NCBI GenBank assembly: GCA_000175855.1
Contig: ACYB01000042.1
Location: 120,001 to 152,000, forward strand
Reading direction: 5' to 3'
Length of the DNA: 32,000 nt
DNA from: Raphidiopsis brookii D9
GTDB taxonomy: Bacteria; Cyanobacteriota; Cyanobacteriia; Cyanobacteriales; Nostocaceae
This document shows, piece after piece, positions 1-9,980 of this stretch. The notes under the pieces are model-generated. The model did not search any database. It was not told where the DNA came from and worked only from the letters and a program-made list of their open reading frames with translations. A program made the translations under genes and the position numbers. The stretch's first letter is position 1. Each line of letters opens with the position of its first letter.

Positions 1-1546
1 TAAGGCTTTTCTGTTCCCTGAGCTAAATAAGCAGCTAATTGACCTTCTATTTGATCTCGAACAATTTGACGGTATTCCAAGAAATGTTCGTTGTGGGCGC
101 AAGTTGCCAAATAATGTTCTGCCACCTGGGGATTATGTTTGATAATACTAAATAGATGATGCCAAAATTTCCAGCGGGTTTCTCTTTTAATTCCCTGTCT
201 CCAAATAACTATTAACAGGGCTTTTACGATTACCCAATCAGGCATTTTGAAGGGAGCTTTCCACTTGGGTGAACCCATGATTAGAAAACATCTATAGGTA
301 CGATCTAAATACTTAATGGGATCATATAAGGCGCAGAAAGCTTCAACATATTCCTTGGCTATGTCCTCTAAAGGACGGGTGGGGATAAAGTTCATTAAAG
401 TTGTCTGATTAATATTCCCATCCTGATTTTCCCTTAGTCTTCCTTCCTTTTGTAACCGATGCCATAATGCAGTATTTGGCAGTGCTTGTAACATGGCAAA
501 GGTGGTGGAAGGAATGGCAGCTTGCTCTGCAAATCTGACAATGCGATCGCCTGCGCCTTTTTGCTCCCCATCAAAACCAATAATAAATCCTGCCATGGGT
601 CGCAGTCCGGTCTTAATAATAGTCTCTACTGATTCTGCTAGGGAACTGCGGGTATTTTGAAATTTTTTGGTTAGTTGTAAACTATCTTCATCGGGGGTTT
701 CAATGCCCAAAAATACTGCGGCAAAACCAGACTCAACCATCAATTCCATTAATTCAGGATCTTGAGCTAGATCTACAGATGCTTCCGTGTCAAACCGGAA
801 AGGATACTCATGTTCTACCATCCAAACCTTTAACTCTTTAAGCAATAATTTAACATTACGTTTATTGCCAATAAAGTTATCATCAACCATGAATATACCA
901 CGCCGCCAACCTAACCGATAAAGACAATCCAACTCAGCTAAAAGTTGTTCTGGAGTTTTAGTTCTCGGTTTTCTGCCATAGAGGACAATAATGTCACAAA
1001 ACTCGCATTGAAAAGGACAACCTCGGGAAAACTGCACTGACATCATGTCATAGGCACTAAAGTCTAGCAAATCAAATCGAGGAATTGGTGTGCCTGTGAC
1101 ATCTGGTTTTTCCGTGGCCCGGAAAATGCCGGATTTCTCACCACTTTGTATGGCGGTGACAAACATGGGTAGGGTAATTTCCCCTCATCTAAAATCAGAA
1201 AATCCGCTCCCGCTTCTTGTACTTCATGGGGTGTGGATGTGGGGTAGGGCCCACCTAATGCTACTAATTTACCACGACGTTTTGCTTCACGTACTTGATC
1301 TAACAGGTCTTGTTTTTGGACAATCATAGCTGAGAAAATAACCACATCAGCCCATGCCCATTCCTCTTCTGTAGCAGGACGAATGTTACGGTCTACTAGT
1401 TTAAACTCCCACTCCTGGGGTAAAATAGCAGCCACTGTAATTAAGCCCAAAGGTGGCAGTAGAACTTTTCTATCTACCAGGTCGAGGATTTTTTCATAGG
1501 ACCAGAAGGTTTTGGGAAATATGGGATAAACCAGTAGGACACGCAT
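1..1546 (-). pseudogene. B12-binding radical SAM protein with a DUF4070-like C-terminal region. The 3' end runs off the window and the frame is broken by 1 nt at 1181-1184.
   Basis: ATG at 1546 is preceded by GAGGGG. The N-terminal part (track ORF 1064..1561) reads MRVLLVYP...DVVIFSAMIVQ...LVALGGPYPTS, typical of a B12-binding domain. My own translation of the neighbouring frame from ~1184 down to nt 1 has no stop. It reads EITLPMFV...YDMMSVQFSRGCPFQCEFCD (CxxxCxxC at nt 996-1019)...GFIIGFDGE...HNEHFLEYRQIV. The track omits it because it has no stop inside the window. Confidence 0.8.
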
Positions 1547-1863
1547 AACATCACCCCTCACGAAACTTATCTTCAGTTACTTAATCTAAATTTGACCACT
1601 AACTTTCAGGGTCAGTGTTTTATCCTTTCTGCTATTCTATATTATATGGCATAATATGGTACTATATTACATGACTAGAACTGAACCTAAACCTCAGTTC
1701 TTATTAATAGTGATAACTAAATTCTAGTTGACCATTCCAAACAGCTAGGTCAAGTCTATTCAAAAAACTTGACGAGGTGTTTACCAATTTTGTTCCCCTC
1801 TATCAAGAGTGCTATCCTCTTTGAACGGAGAAAGTATCAATAAGATCTAAGCCAAAAACAGCT

Positions 1864-2493
1864 ATGAGCGATCAAAGTCCCTACGAAAATCTTGGGGTGT
1901 CAAAAGATGCTAGTTTCGATGAGATTCAAAATGCTCGAAATCGCCTGTTAGAACAGTATGGTAGTGATAATAGGATTCGGGAAATTGTTGAAGCAGCTTA
2001 TGATGCAATTCTAATGGAGCGCCTGCGAATGCGTCAGGAGGGCAAAATTAAGGTTCCTGAAGGAATTCGTTTTCCTGAAATGCGAATGCCATCCCCGCAA
2101 AAACAAGTTGTTAACCCCAGTGGTTACTCCCCATCCTGGCTACAAAGATTTTGGGATCAGCCCAGTGTCTCTGATATACTTTGGCCGGCAGGTTGTTATT
2201 TGGGGTTAATTTCTATCAGTCTGTTCGTAAATACAGCACAAGTATTACAGTTAACATTACTTGCGGGGTTAGTTCTAAGTATTTATTTCCTTAATCGCAA
2301 GGAAAACAAATTTCTGAGGGCAGTTTTGTTGACATTGGTAACTCTGGTAGTGGGTTTAATGATAGGAGGACTGATAGCTGGGGGAATACCATTGGATAGC
2401 CTGTCAATTTTAGGAAACTCAATTTCCCCTGACCAGTTCTCAGCTGTGCTAACATTTATTTTAATGTGGTTTGTTAGTAGCTTTCTCCGTTAA
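1864..2493 (+). CDS. J-like domain membrane protein (DUF3353, CDF1/CPP1-like)
   Basis: ATG ORF of 209 aa. The N-terminus PYENLGVSKDASFDEIQNARNRLL resembles a DnaJ J-domain but has no HPD motif. It is followed by several hydrophobic helices, the architecture of plant CDF1/CPP1 and their cyanobacterial homologues. Confidence 0.72.
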   Translation: MSDQSPYENLGVSKDASFDEIQNARNRLLEQYGSDNRIREIVEAAYDAILMERLRMRQEGKIKVPEGIRFPEMRMPSPQKQVVNPSGYSPSWLQRFWDQPSVSDILWPAGCYLGLISISLFVNTAQVLQLTLLAGLVLSIYFLNRKENKFLRAVLLTLVTLVVGLMIGGLIAGGIPLDSLSILGNSISPDQFSAVLTFILMWFVSSFLR

Positions 2494-4988
2494 CCTATGG
2501 GATAAACCAATTCTCTGACTCTGGAAGCTGAATCCTGGTTCAATGCCACCCTGGCTAAAACCTGGGATTCAGTGGTGGTGAGTTGGGAAATGACCTGCTT
2601 TAAGGGGGCGATCGCCTGGGGATTCGTACTCAGTTCGTCTATTCCCAAACCTATAAGAATAGGTGCAACTACGGTTTCAGCGGCAATCTCACCGCATAGT
2701 CCAACCCAAATATTGGCTGCGTGGGCAGCTTCTACCGTCTTTTGAATCATCCGCAGCACCGCTGGCTGTAAGGCATCAGTTAAATTTGCTACTTTAGGAT
2801 TAGTGCGATCGCATGCCATAACATATTGACTCAGATCATTTGTACCAATGCTAAAAAAGTCTACTTCTTTGGCCAGGTGATCGGCAATAGCTACGGCGGC
2901 TGGGGTTTCAATCATAACTCCTACGGGTAGTTTAGTATCAAACTCCATACAATCTTTTTCAAGCTCTACCATGGATTGGTTTAAAATTGATTTAGCGGCA
3001 CGTAACTCGGCTAAAGTACTAATCATAGGCCACATAACTTTAATGTGGTGGTTAGCGCTAGCTCGTAAAATAGCTCTTAATTGAGTTTTGAGTAAATAGG
3101 GATGTTCCAAACAAAATCTAATGCCGCGCACACCCAAAAAGGGATTAGTTTCCTTGAGAGTAGAACCCAGATAGGGTATTTGTTTATCTCCTCCCACATC
3201 CAAAGTGCGGATAATCAATGGACGTTCCCCTAAAATTTGGGCAATATCCTGATAAACTTGTAACTGCTCTTCCTCCGTGGGTGGTTTAATCTGTTCCAAA
3301 TATAAAAATTCTGTTCGTAGCAGACCTACACCTTCTGCACCATAGCCAACAGCAGCTTTAGCATCAGCCACACTGCCAATATTGGCGAATACATGAATTC
3401 TTTGACCGTCCCGGGTAGTTGCTGGTTGGTGGGCCTTCTTTCTAGCTTCAGCTTGATTAGTTTGCCAGACTTGACGTTTATTTTCCAGAGCAGTCAATAC
3501 AGATCCCTCTGGTTCTATCCACACCTTACCACCTTCACCATCCAGAGCAATTACAGTACCATTTTCCACAGTCAAAACCTGAGAATCCACACCAACCACT
3601 GCAGGAATACCCAAAGTGCGGGCAATAATAGCACTATGAGAAGTAGCACTACCAGCAGTCATACAAATCCCCAATACCTTGCGAGGATCCAACCTAGCTG
3701 TATCCGAGGGAGTTAAATCCGTCCCCACCACAATTGATGGTTCCGAGATATGTAATTCCGTGGGCAAATTACCCAGCAGAATTCTCAATACCCTTCTTCC
3801 CACATCCACCACATCATCCACTCTCTCCTTCAAATAAGCGTCTTCCAGTTGGCGATAGGAGTTGGTCACCTCTTCTACTACCGCTTGCCATGCCGCCTCA
3901 GCGTTTAATTTTTCTTCTATAATATACCTACGAACACCATCTAACATTACTGGATCTGCCAGGAATAAAAGATGAGCATCAAATATTGCTGCTTCTGCAT
4001 CACCTATTTGCACCGACGCGTGGGAAAGCAACATGGTAATCTCCTGTTTCGCCTTTTGGATAGCATGTTGTAATCTTTGCCACTCAATTTCCACATTCTC
4101 TATGTGGTATTCCATAATAGACATGGGAGCTAATTGATAATGGACTACAGGAGCGATCGCGATGCCAGGAGAAGCGGCAATTCCGGTAAATTGACCAGGA
4201 TTGTCCGGGAGGGGGGAGATGGTACGGGTTGGCAATTCTAGAATAGGATCTTGCTCTCCGAAATTATGGATAATTAAGGACTGTAGAGCTGTAATTGCCT
4301 CCTGAGCATCCTTACCCCTAGCAGTAATTAATAATTCATGTCCTTGACGTACGCCCAGGGTACCAACTTGGTTAATACTATCACCTCTAACTGCTTCCGT
4401 ATTTCTAGTTAAATTCTGCACCTGAATTTTCGCTTCAAAACGGCAAGTGGTAGCGACAAATTGAGCTGCAGGTCGAGCATGTAGACCGAGACGGTTTTTG
4501 ATTTGAATGCGAAGTTCTTTGGTGGGAACAGTATCGTCAATATTGTTAGAATCGTTATGTAAGGGATGAGCGATTAAATTTAATTGATGAGATTTAGCCA
4601 GCAAAGAACCTTGAGCTTCCCTTAGAACCTCCTGAATATTTTTGCCGGTACTAGCAGCAACGGTAGCAGCAATAGCACCTTCCACCAGGGGAGCATCACA
4701 CATATAGATTTTATCCCGTTGTGCTGGTAGTAAAAACTCCAATGCCATTTCTGCACTAATAAGAGCGCTACCTAAATCCATCAATACAATAACCCCGTCT
4801 TCAGAGAATACAGAAGAGATGGCTTGATAAACCTGAATTGGATCTGTACCCAATGGGTTTGTGGGGTCATCCACACCCGCTGCGACAGCAAGGGAAATTT
4901 TTCCCTTTACCATTTGTGCAGCTAGTTCTTGTACTCCTAGAGCTAATTGTTTGCTGTGGGAAACAATAACAATACCAACCACTGTCAC
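2490..4988 (-). CDS. PTS multiphosphoryl transfer protein: DhaM/EIIA(Man)-like domain + HPr domain + full-length Enzyme I (PEP-protein phosphotransferase)
   Basis: 832-aa ORF with a GTG start. The N-terminus VGIVIVSHSKQLA is DhaM/EIIA-Man-like. RLGLHARPAAQFV is the HPr active-site His region. GSATSHSAIIARTLGIP is the EI phospho-His region. The PEP-utilising TIM barrel is present, with GTNDLSQY and GLCGEIAAE (catalytic Cys). Confidence 0.87.
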   Translation of the reverse strand: MTVVGIVIVSHSKQLALGVQELAAQMVKGKISLAVAAGVDDPTNPLGTDPIQVYQAISSVFSEDGVIVLMDLGSALISAEMALEFLLPAQRDKIYMCDAPLVEGAIAATVAASTGKNIQEVLREAQGSLLAKSHQLNLIAHPLHNDSNNIDDTVPTKELRIQIKNRLGLHARPAAQFVATTCRFEAKIQVQNLTRNTEAVRGDSINQVGTLGVRQGHELLITARGKDAQEAITALQSLIIHNFGEQDPILELPTRTISPLPDNPGQFTGIAASPGIAIAPVVHYQLAPMSIMEYHIENVEIEWQRLQHAIQKAKQEITMLLSHASVQIGDAEAAIFDAHLLFLADPVMLDGVRRYIIEEKLNAEAAWQAVVEEVTNSYRQLEDAYLKERVDDVVDVGRRVLRILLGNLPTELHISEPSIVVGTDLTPSDTARLDPRKVLGICMTAGSATSHSAIIARTLGIPAVVGVDSQVLTVENGTVIALDGEGGKVWIEPEGSVLTALENKRQVWQTNQAEARKKAHQPATTRDGQRIHVFANIGSVADAKAAVGYGAEGVGLLRTEFLYLEQIKPPTEEEQLQVYQDIAQILGERPLIIRTLDVGGDKQIPYLGSTLKETNPFLGVRGIRFCLEHPYLLKTQLRAILRASANHHIKVMWPMISTLAELRAAKSILNQSMVELEKDCMEFDTKLPVGVMIETPAAVAIADHLAKEVDFFSIGTNDLSQYVMACDRTNPKVANLTDALQPAVLRMIQKTVEAAHAANIWVGLCGEIAAETVVAPILIGLGIDELSTNPQAIAPLKQVISQLTTTESQVLARVALNQDSASRVRELVYPIG

Positions 4989-5075
4989 ACCTTTAGCAGT
5001 TACCCATTCAATTATGAATCGAAGTTATAGAAAATTCCTATTTATTTAGCTTATATTTAAGGTTGTTAACCAGGT

Positions 5076-5855
5076 CTACATATACCTAGTCAACTGGATT
5101 CGATATCTGTCTTTTTTAGTAACAGCAATTTCACCCACTTGCAAACGCCCTTTACCGCGAATTGCTATTAAGTCTCCCATTTTTAACTGGTAACTGCTTT
5201 GGGTAATCTCCTTCCAATTGACACGCACATCCCCGGAATCAATTAAATCAACCATTTTACTTCTAGACATACCAAAACCAGCAGAAGCAATGGCATCCAA
5301 TCTTAAAGAAGCTTCCACTGTAGTTAACTCCTTCTTTTTGGGTTCCCTAATTTTCAACTCGCTAGGATCTATGACCTGAGTTTTCACTGGCACAGAACGC
5401 ACCTGTTGCAAATTCATGGTTAAAAATTCTGCCAGTTCTGGAACTACTATTGCTTGGGCTCCCCTCTCCCCCAAAATAATGATATCTCCTGTTTTTTCTC
5501 GCACAATCCCCGTACCTAGCATAGCCCCTAAAAAATCCCGGTGGGTGGCAGTGTCAAACAAAAAATTTCCAGCTATGTCTAAAACAGTAACAGCCACTTG
5601 GGATACATCCAAAGGCATTTCAGAACGGATAATAGCCACTCGTTGGCGTTCAGCTTGGGGATATCCACCCCAGGCCACTAAATGCACCTCCGTTAACCGG
5701 TTAAAAACTCGTTCAATTTCAGCTAACTCTGGGGGAGATAAAAAGTCAGTTATTACCACTTCCCAGGTCTTTATAGCCTGTTCTGCTTGGTCAATTACAT
5801 GGGCAATAACATCTCGGTTTTCAACACCCTTTAACAGTTCTTCTCTTGGCAACAT
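5076..5855 (-). CDS. S4 RNA-binding domain protein (photosystem II S4 domain protein / YlmH-like family)
   Basis: 259-aa ATG ORF. The C-terminus has an S4-like motif (RLDAIASAGFGMSRSKMVDLIDSGDVRVNW). The overall sequence is typical of the cyanobacterial PSII-S4 family. Confidence 0.72.
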   Translation of the reverse strand: MLPREELLKGVENRDVIAHVIDQAEQAIKTWEVVITDFLSPPELAEIERVFNRLTEVHLVAWGGYPQAERQRVAIIRSEMPLDVSQVAVTVLDIAGNFLFDTATHRDFLGAMLGTGIVREKTGDIIILGERGAQAIVVPELAEFLTMNLQQVRSVPVKTQVIDPSELKIREPKKKELTTVEASLRLDAIASAGFGMSRSKMVDLIDSGDVRVNWKEITQSSYQLKMGDLIAIRGKGRLQVGEIAVTKKDRYRIQLTRYM

Positions 5856-5895
5856 AATTAATCTGAGAGTGGGGGAGGACTAGTTCATGAGCTGC

Positions 5896-6396
5896 TTAAC
5901 CATTATCCGCATAACCTTGAATATTCTCTGGATCATACTGACGGAGAATGCGTGTAGCTTGGCGAGTCAGAGCTTCTGAACCCTGAACTACAATTAGGTA
6001 TTTCCCAGCGGATAACCGGTTACGATAGGGTAAAGCATCACCACTACCAAAAATCAAACCTACACCACCTCCCACAAACACACTACCCATAACACCACTA
6101 GCAGCGCCTAGTAAACCGCCAATTATATGATTACCAATTTCCCCAGCCCAGATAAACGTGTCTAATCCAGTAATCAAACTAAATGTAAACCCGGCAAAAA
6201 AGCCAAATGGTATTAACCAAGATGCCATGAGTTTGACTTGTTTTTTAGCCTCCTCCTTGGGATCTATTAACCCAAACTCATCAGCGGTTTTATATCCCCT
6301 ACCCAAAATAGAGCTAGTAATACCCTCCTTTTCTAAACTCAAGTAGGCCGATTCGGCCTGGATACGGTCTGGTAGCACAGCAACAAGATAATTCAT
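5896..6396 (-). CDS. Conserved hypothetical membrane protein with a glycine-zipper transmembrane pair
   Basis: The track ORF 5896..6456 starts at TTG and overlaps the upstream gene. In-frame ATGs occur at 6432 and 6396 (MNYLVAVLP...), and I chose 6396. The central region is hydrophobic and Gly-rich (GGLLGAASGVMGSVFVGGGVGLIFG). Confidence 0.55.
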   Translation of the reverse strand: MNYLVAVLPDRIQAESAYLSLEKEGITSSILGRGYKTADEFGLIDPKEEAKKQVKLMASWLIPFGFFAGFTFSLITGLDTFIWAGEIGNHIIGGLLGAASGVMGSVFVGGGVGLIFGSGDALPYRNRLSAGKYLIVVQGSEALTRQATRILRQYDPENIQGYADNG

Positions 6397-6452
6397 ACAA
6401 AATTCATGAAAACACCTAAAAATTTTCCCCATTTCCGCCAAACCCCCATGTA

Positions 6453-8250
6453 TCAAGACTTCTGAACCGCCCTAGAGGTGACGTATCTCTGTAATCTGGT
6501 TAGAGCTAAATTGTAATTCAAAATAGCTCGAACGCGATTAGCCTCCGAACGGGTAAGTTCACTTTGGGCATTGATAACATCTGTTTGAGTCCCCACACCA
6601 GCTTGAAAACGTAGTCTAGCCAGTCTCAGGGATTCCTTGGCCTGATCTAGAGCAGTAGCAGCAGTTTGCACGTTTTCCAAATTGGCTAGGTGACTGGAAT
6701 AGGCTTCCTCCACTTGAAAACGTACCTGGTTACGCCTTTCAGCAAATTCCGCCTCCGCAATCGCTATTTCAGTTTTAGCCCTAGCTGCTCTAGCGCGGGA
6801 AGCACCACCATCATATAGGTTCATGCTGGCTCGCAATCCCACAGAATAACCGTCATTAATCGCCACTCCATCGTTAAATTCATCCAATAAGTCATATCTG
6901 GCAATGAAGCTAATTTGCGGACCTAGTGTGGCTAAGGCTTGTTTTCTCTGTTGTTCTCTAATATTCCTCTCTGCCAATTTTTTGCTGCAGTTCGGCACGG
7001 TTTTGATATGCTAGGACAATACTATCTTCTAAACTGCTTTTCCATAATCCAGCTAACTGCACCGGATCCGAAGCGGTAATACTCACAGACTGAGGTAAGT
7101 TCAACCTCAGGGCTAGACGACGACGAGCAATAGCCTGCTGGGATAGGGCATCTGTTAGTTCTTGTTGAGAATTGGCTAAGTTAACCTGCGATCGCAACAC
7201 ATCAAATTTGGTTCCCACACCTGCTCGCTCTAGTGCTTGAGCATCTCGTAAGCTGGCTTGGGAATTTTCCACCGCAGAGCGAGCAATTCTCACGCTCTCA
7301 TCTGACTGTTGCAAGCTATAATACTCCGTAGCAACATTTAAACGAATTTCTTCTGATTGCCTTTCTACCTCGAGTTGTTGAAGACGTACCTGTTCTTCGG
7401 CTTCCTTAATAGCTGCCGTTCTTCTACCTGATGTGTATAAGTCATATCGCAGCTCTGCCTGGGAATCAAACACGGAGGTAGCGTCTGGGTTTTCAGTGGG
7501 TCTATTGAGAAATTTATCGGTTTGTCTTGCCCTGAGAGTAGTACTGGAACTACGACTTCTGGTCACACCACCTAGTAGGTTCAAGCTAGGCAACAAAGCA
7601 GCTTGCGCTTCCTTTAAAGAGGATTGACTACGTTGTAACTGCAAAACAGCTACTTGTAAATCATTGTTATTCTGCTTGGCCAGATCCAATGCTTGTTCTA
7701 AACTAATCGCCTCTGTTGTCTGCACCTTAACCCCTTGAGAATCTTGAGGTACATCCAAAAGATTGGGGTTAGGTTTAAGACGCTCCAAAATCATCTGGGG
7801 AGAATCCGACGTAGGGTTCACAGATTGGGAATTAGGTTTTACTGGTTCTGTTTCCGAGGATTTGTCCGTAGGCAATGTTATTTGAGTTACCTGATTATAC
7901 GTTTTCCCTGATCTCACCTTGGGGTTAACCGGGGGTAAGGACAAAACCGTTTTGAACTTAGTTGGCGATGGTACATTAGCACGTGAGCTAGAACTAGGCA
8001 GTTCTGGTAAAATGGATTGACCAAAATCAAGCTGATAGTCAAAACCTAGTGCATGATCAACCGTATTTGCGACCAGATGCCAGTTGTTTTCCACAACAGA
8101 AACTTTAGGATTCGTCGCAGTCGATACAACAGGAGAAGAAACCAGTTTCAAATCATTAGCCTTGAAGGTTCCAGCCCAAGCAGACTGAGTTGTTAATACT
8201 GCTGCTGTCACACCGGGCAAGAAACTATGAAATAATTGCTGTCCTTTCAC
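6453..8250 (-). pseudogene. TolC-family outer-membrane efflux channel (HgdD-like by synteny with kaiC), split into two ORFs by a 1-nt shift at the T6/A6 run 6978-6983
   Basis: Track ORFs 6958..8250 and 6453..6998 are consecutive pieces of one TolC-like protein. It has a signal peptide (AAVLTTQSAWA/GT), an S/P/N-rich linker and TolC repeat helices (LSLEQALDLAKQNNNDLQ...; NYNLALTRLQRY). Removing one A from CAAAAAAT joins them as ...RAELQQKLAERNIREQQRKQALATLGPQ... Confidence 0.8.
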
Positions 8251-8380
8251 CGCATCCCCTCACACAAAAAACCATCTGCGAGCAAAAAAAGTTGTCTTCC
8301 CACAGAATATAGCATCATAACCAGGGAAACAAATGACATGCTACTATACCAAACATAACTTCATTTTGGCATTTCACAGT

Positions 8381-9934
8381 TTATTTATCTTCAAACCGTT
8401 TAACAATGCGAGAAAGTTCTGCTTTCTCATCTATACTAACCCGGCTAGGTGCCCCACTGACGATTCTCTCGTAATTCCTAAAGGAATCTTTAATATTGGG
8501 CCCATCTGCTGTAATATTATATTCTCTAATTCCCTTGTCATGCCAAGAACCGCGCATTTTAAATACATTGATGGCCCGGGACATTTCCCCATGGATTTCT
8601 ACATATTGTAACATAATAATCGTGTCAGTAATAGTAGAAATGTGAGAATCGGTAATCGAGTGAGATCCCATAAACTGGTCACTGGTATTGGTGAAGAACC
8701 CGGTGATTTCCTCTTGTTTAGCATAGCCAGTTACCCCAATGACAAATTGGCGGAAGGCATTATTACTTACCCCCCTAGCTAAAGCTGAAAGGGAGTCAAT
8801 AGCAATGCGAGCTGGTTTGAAGTCGGCAATCTCTGATTTAATAATTTGTAAGTGGTCCTCTAAACCGGTAGATTCGGGGTAGGTACAAATTATTTTTAAT
8901 AAACCCTGGCGTTCCAACTCTTCAAAGTCAATGCCCCAAGAATAAGCGTTACGGGACAGTTGGGCTCGAGACTCTTCATAAGCAAATAGTATGGCTCTTT
9001 CACCGCTAACACAGCCATCCTGAATAAATTTACTTACTAGGAGTGTTTTTCCAGTACCAGTAGCCCCGGTAGCTAAAATAATCGAGTCTTTGAAGAAACC
9101 TCCCCCACACATTTCATCTAGGGTATTAACCCCTGAAGAAACCCGAACGTTGGAAGATCTTTGTGTTAAGCGCATTGCTCCCAAGGGGAAGATATTTACC
9201 CCTGCATTGGTAATTGTAAAGGGATATTCACCTTTCATGTGGGTTGTACCGCGCAGTTTGAGAATCTCAATGGTCCGTCGGCGGCGTTCTCCCTCCAAAA
9301 CGTTACGAACAATCACTACGTTATCAGATACAAATTCTTCCACTCCAAAGGAAGCTACTGGTCCATATTCTTCACCCCTTTCTGTAGTAATAATTGTGGT
9401 GACATTCAGCTGTTTTAGGCGGGCTACTAACCGAAATATTTCTCTTCTTACTACCCCTATGGCTTCATACTGTTGAAATACGGCGGTAATTGAGTCTATA
9501 GAAACACGGTTAGCTTTGTATTTACGAATGGCATACTGTAATCGTTCAATCAAAGCTGAAAGGTCGAAGTTCCCCACTATGTCCTGTCCTTCAGGATCTG
9601 GAGACGCATCCAGAATAAACAGTTTTCCCTGTTCAATCAGTTTCTGCAGGTTCCAGCCAAAAATGTGGGCGTTTTTGATAATGTCACTGGGAGACTCCTC
9701 AAAGGTCACAAATACTCCCGGTTCATCAAAGTGGGTAATGCCATTATACAGAAATTGTAATGATAATAGGGTCTTTCCGGTTCCAGAAGTACCGCTTAAC
9801 AAAGTGGTTCTACCAATTGGTAACCCACCATGGCTAATATCATCAAACCCCTCTATCATAGTGCGAATTTTCTCTACTCCAGCGCTGGTAGGGGTTTGCT
9901 GTTCTTTTTGTTCTTGTTTCTCCTGGTCGCTCAT
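8381..9934 (-). CDS. kaiC: Circadian clock protein KaiC
   Basis: Duplicated RecA-like halves with Walker A motifs GTSGTGKT and GATGTGKT, catalytic EE pairs (TFEES, AYEES) and the phosphosite motif SHISTITDTII. The track ORF starts at TTG 9940; the first ATG is at 9934. Confidence 0.97.
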   Translation of the reverse strand: MSDQEKQEQKEQQTPTSAGVEKIRTMIEGFDDISHGGLPIGRTTLLSGTSGTGKTLLSLQFLYNGITHFDEPGVFVTFEESPSDIIKNAHIFGWNLQKLIEQGKLFILDASPDPEGQDIVGNFDLSALIERLQYAIRKYKANRVSIDSITAVFQQYEAIGVVRREIFRLVARLKQLNVTTIITTERGEEYGPVASFGVEEFVSDNVVIVRNVLEGERRRRTIEILKLRGTTHMKGEYPFTITNAGVNIFPLGAMRLTQRSSNVRVSSGVNTLDEMCGGGFFKDSIILATGATGTGKTLLVSKFIQDGCVSGERAILFAYEESRAQLSRNAYSWGIDFEELERQGLLKIICTYPESTGLEDHLQIIKSEIADFKPARIAIDSLSALARGVSNNAFRQFVIGVTGYAKQEEITGFFTNTSDQFMGSHSITDSHISTITDTIIMLQYVEIHGEMSRAINVFKMRGSWHDKGIREYNITADGPNIKDSFRNYERIVSGAPSRVSIDEKAELSRIVKRFEDK

Positions 9935-9980
9935 TGCCAATTGTATACTTAATCTTAAATGGTTAATTGTCTCATACGGA

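Noticed and set aside
1562-1863. Possible cobalamin riboswitch upstream of the B12-binding radical SAM gene
   Set aside because: I could not find the conserved B12-box or GCCACTG-type core on either strand. The region is simply AT-rich.
6978-6983. Programmed ribosomal frameshifting as the primary explanation for the three split genes
   Set aside because: There is no recognisable stimulatory element: no upstream SD-like enhancer at the right distance, no downstream pseudoknot, and no canonical X-XXY-YYZ heptamer in frame. The three host genes are unrelated. It is kept only as a minor alternative within the frameshift findings.
8251-8275. CCCCTCACAC, resembling the conserved ACTCCTCACAC core of the cyanobacterial sRNA Yfr1
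   Set aside because: It is only a partial match (8 of 11) with no flanking stem-loops. The motif is simply the complement of the GAGGGG Shine-Dalgarno-like sequence in front of the TolC/HgdD-like GTG start on the other strand.
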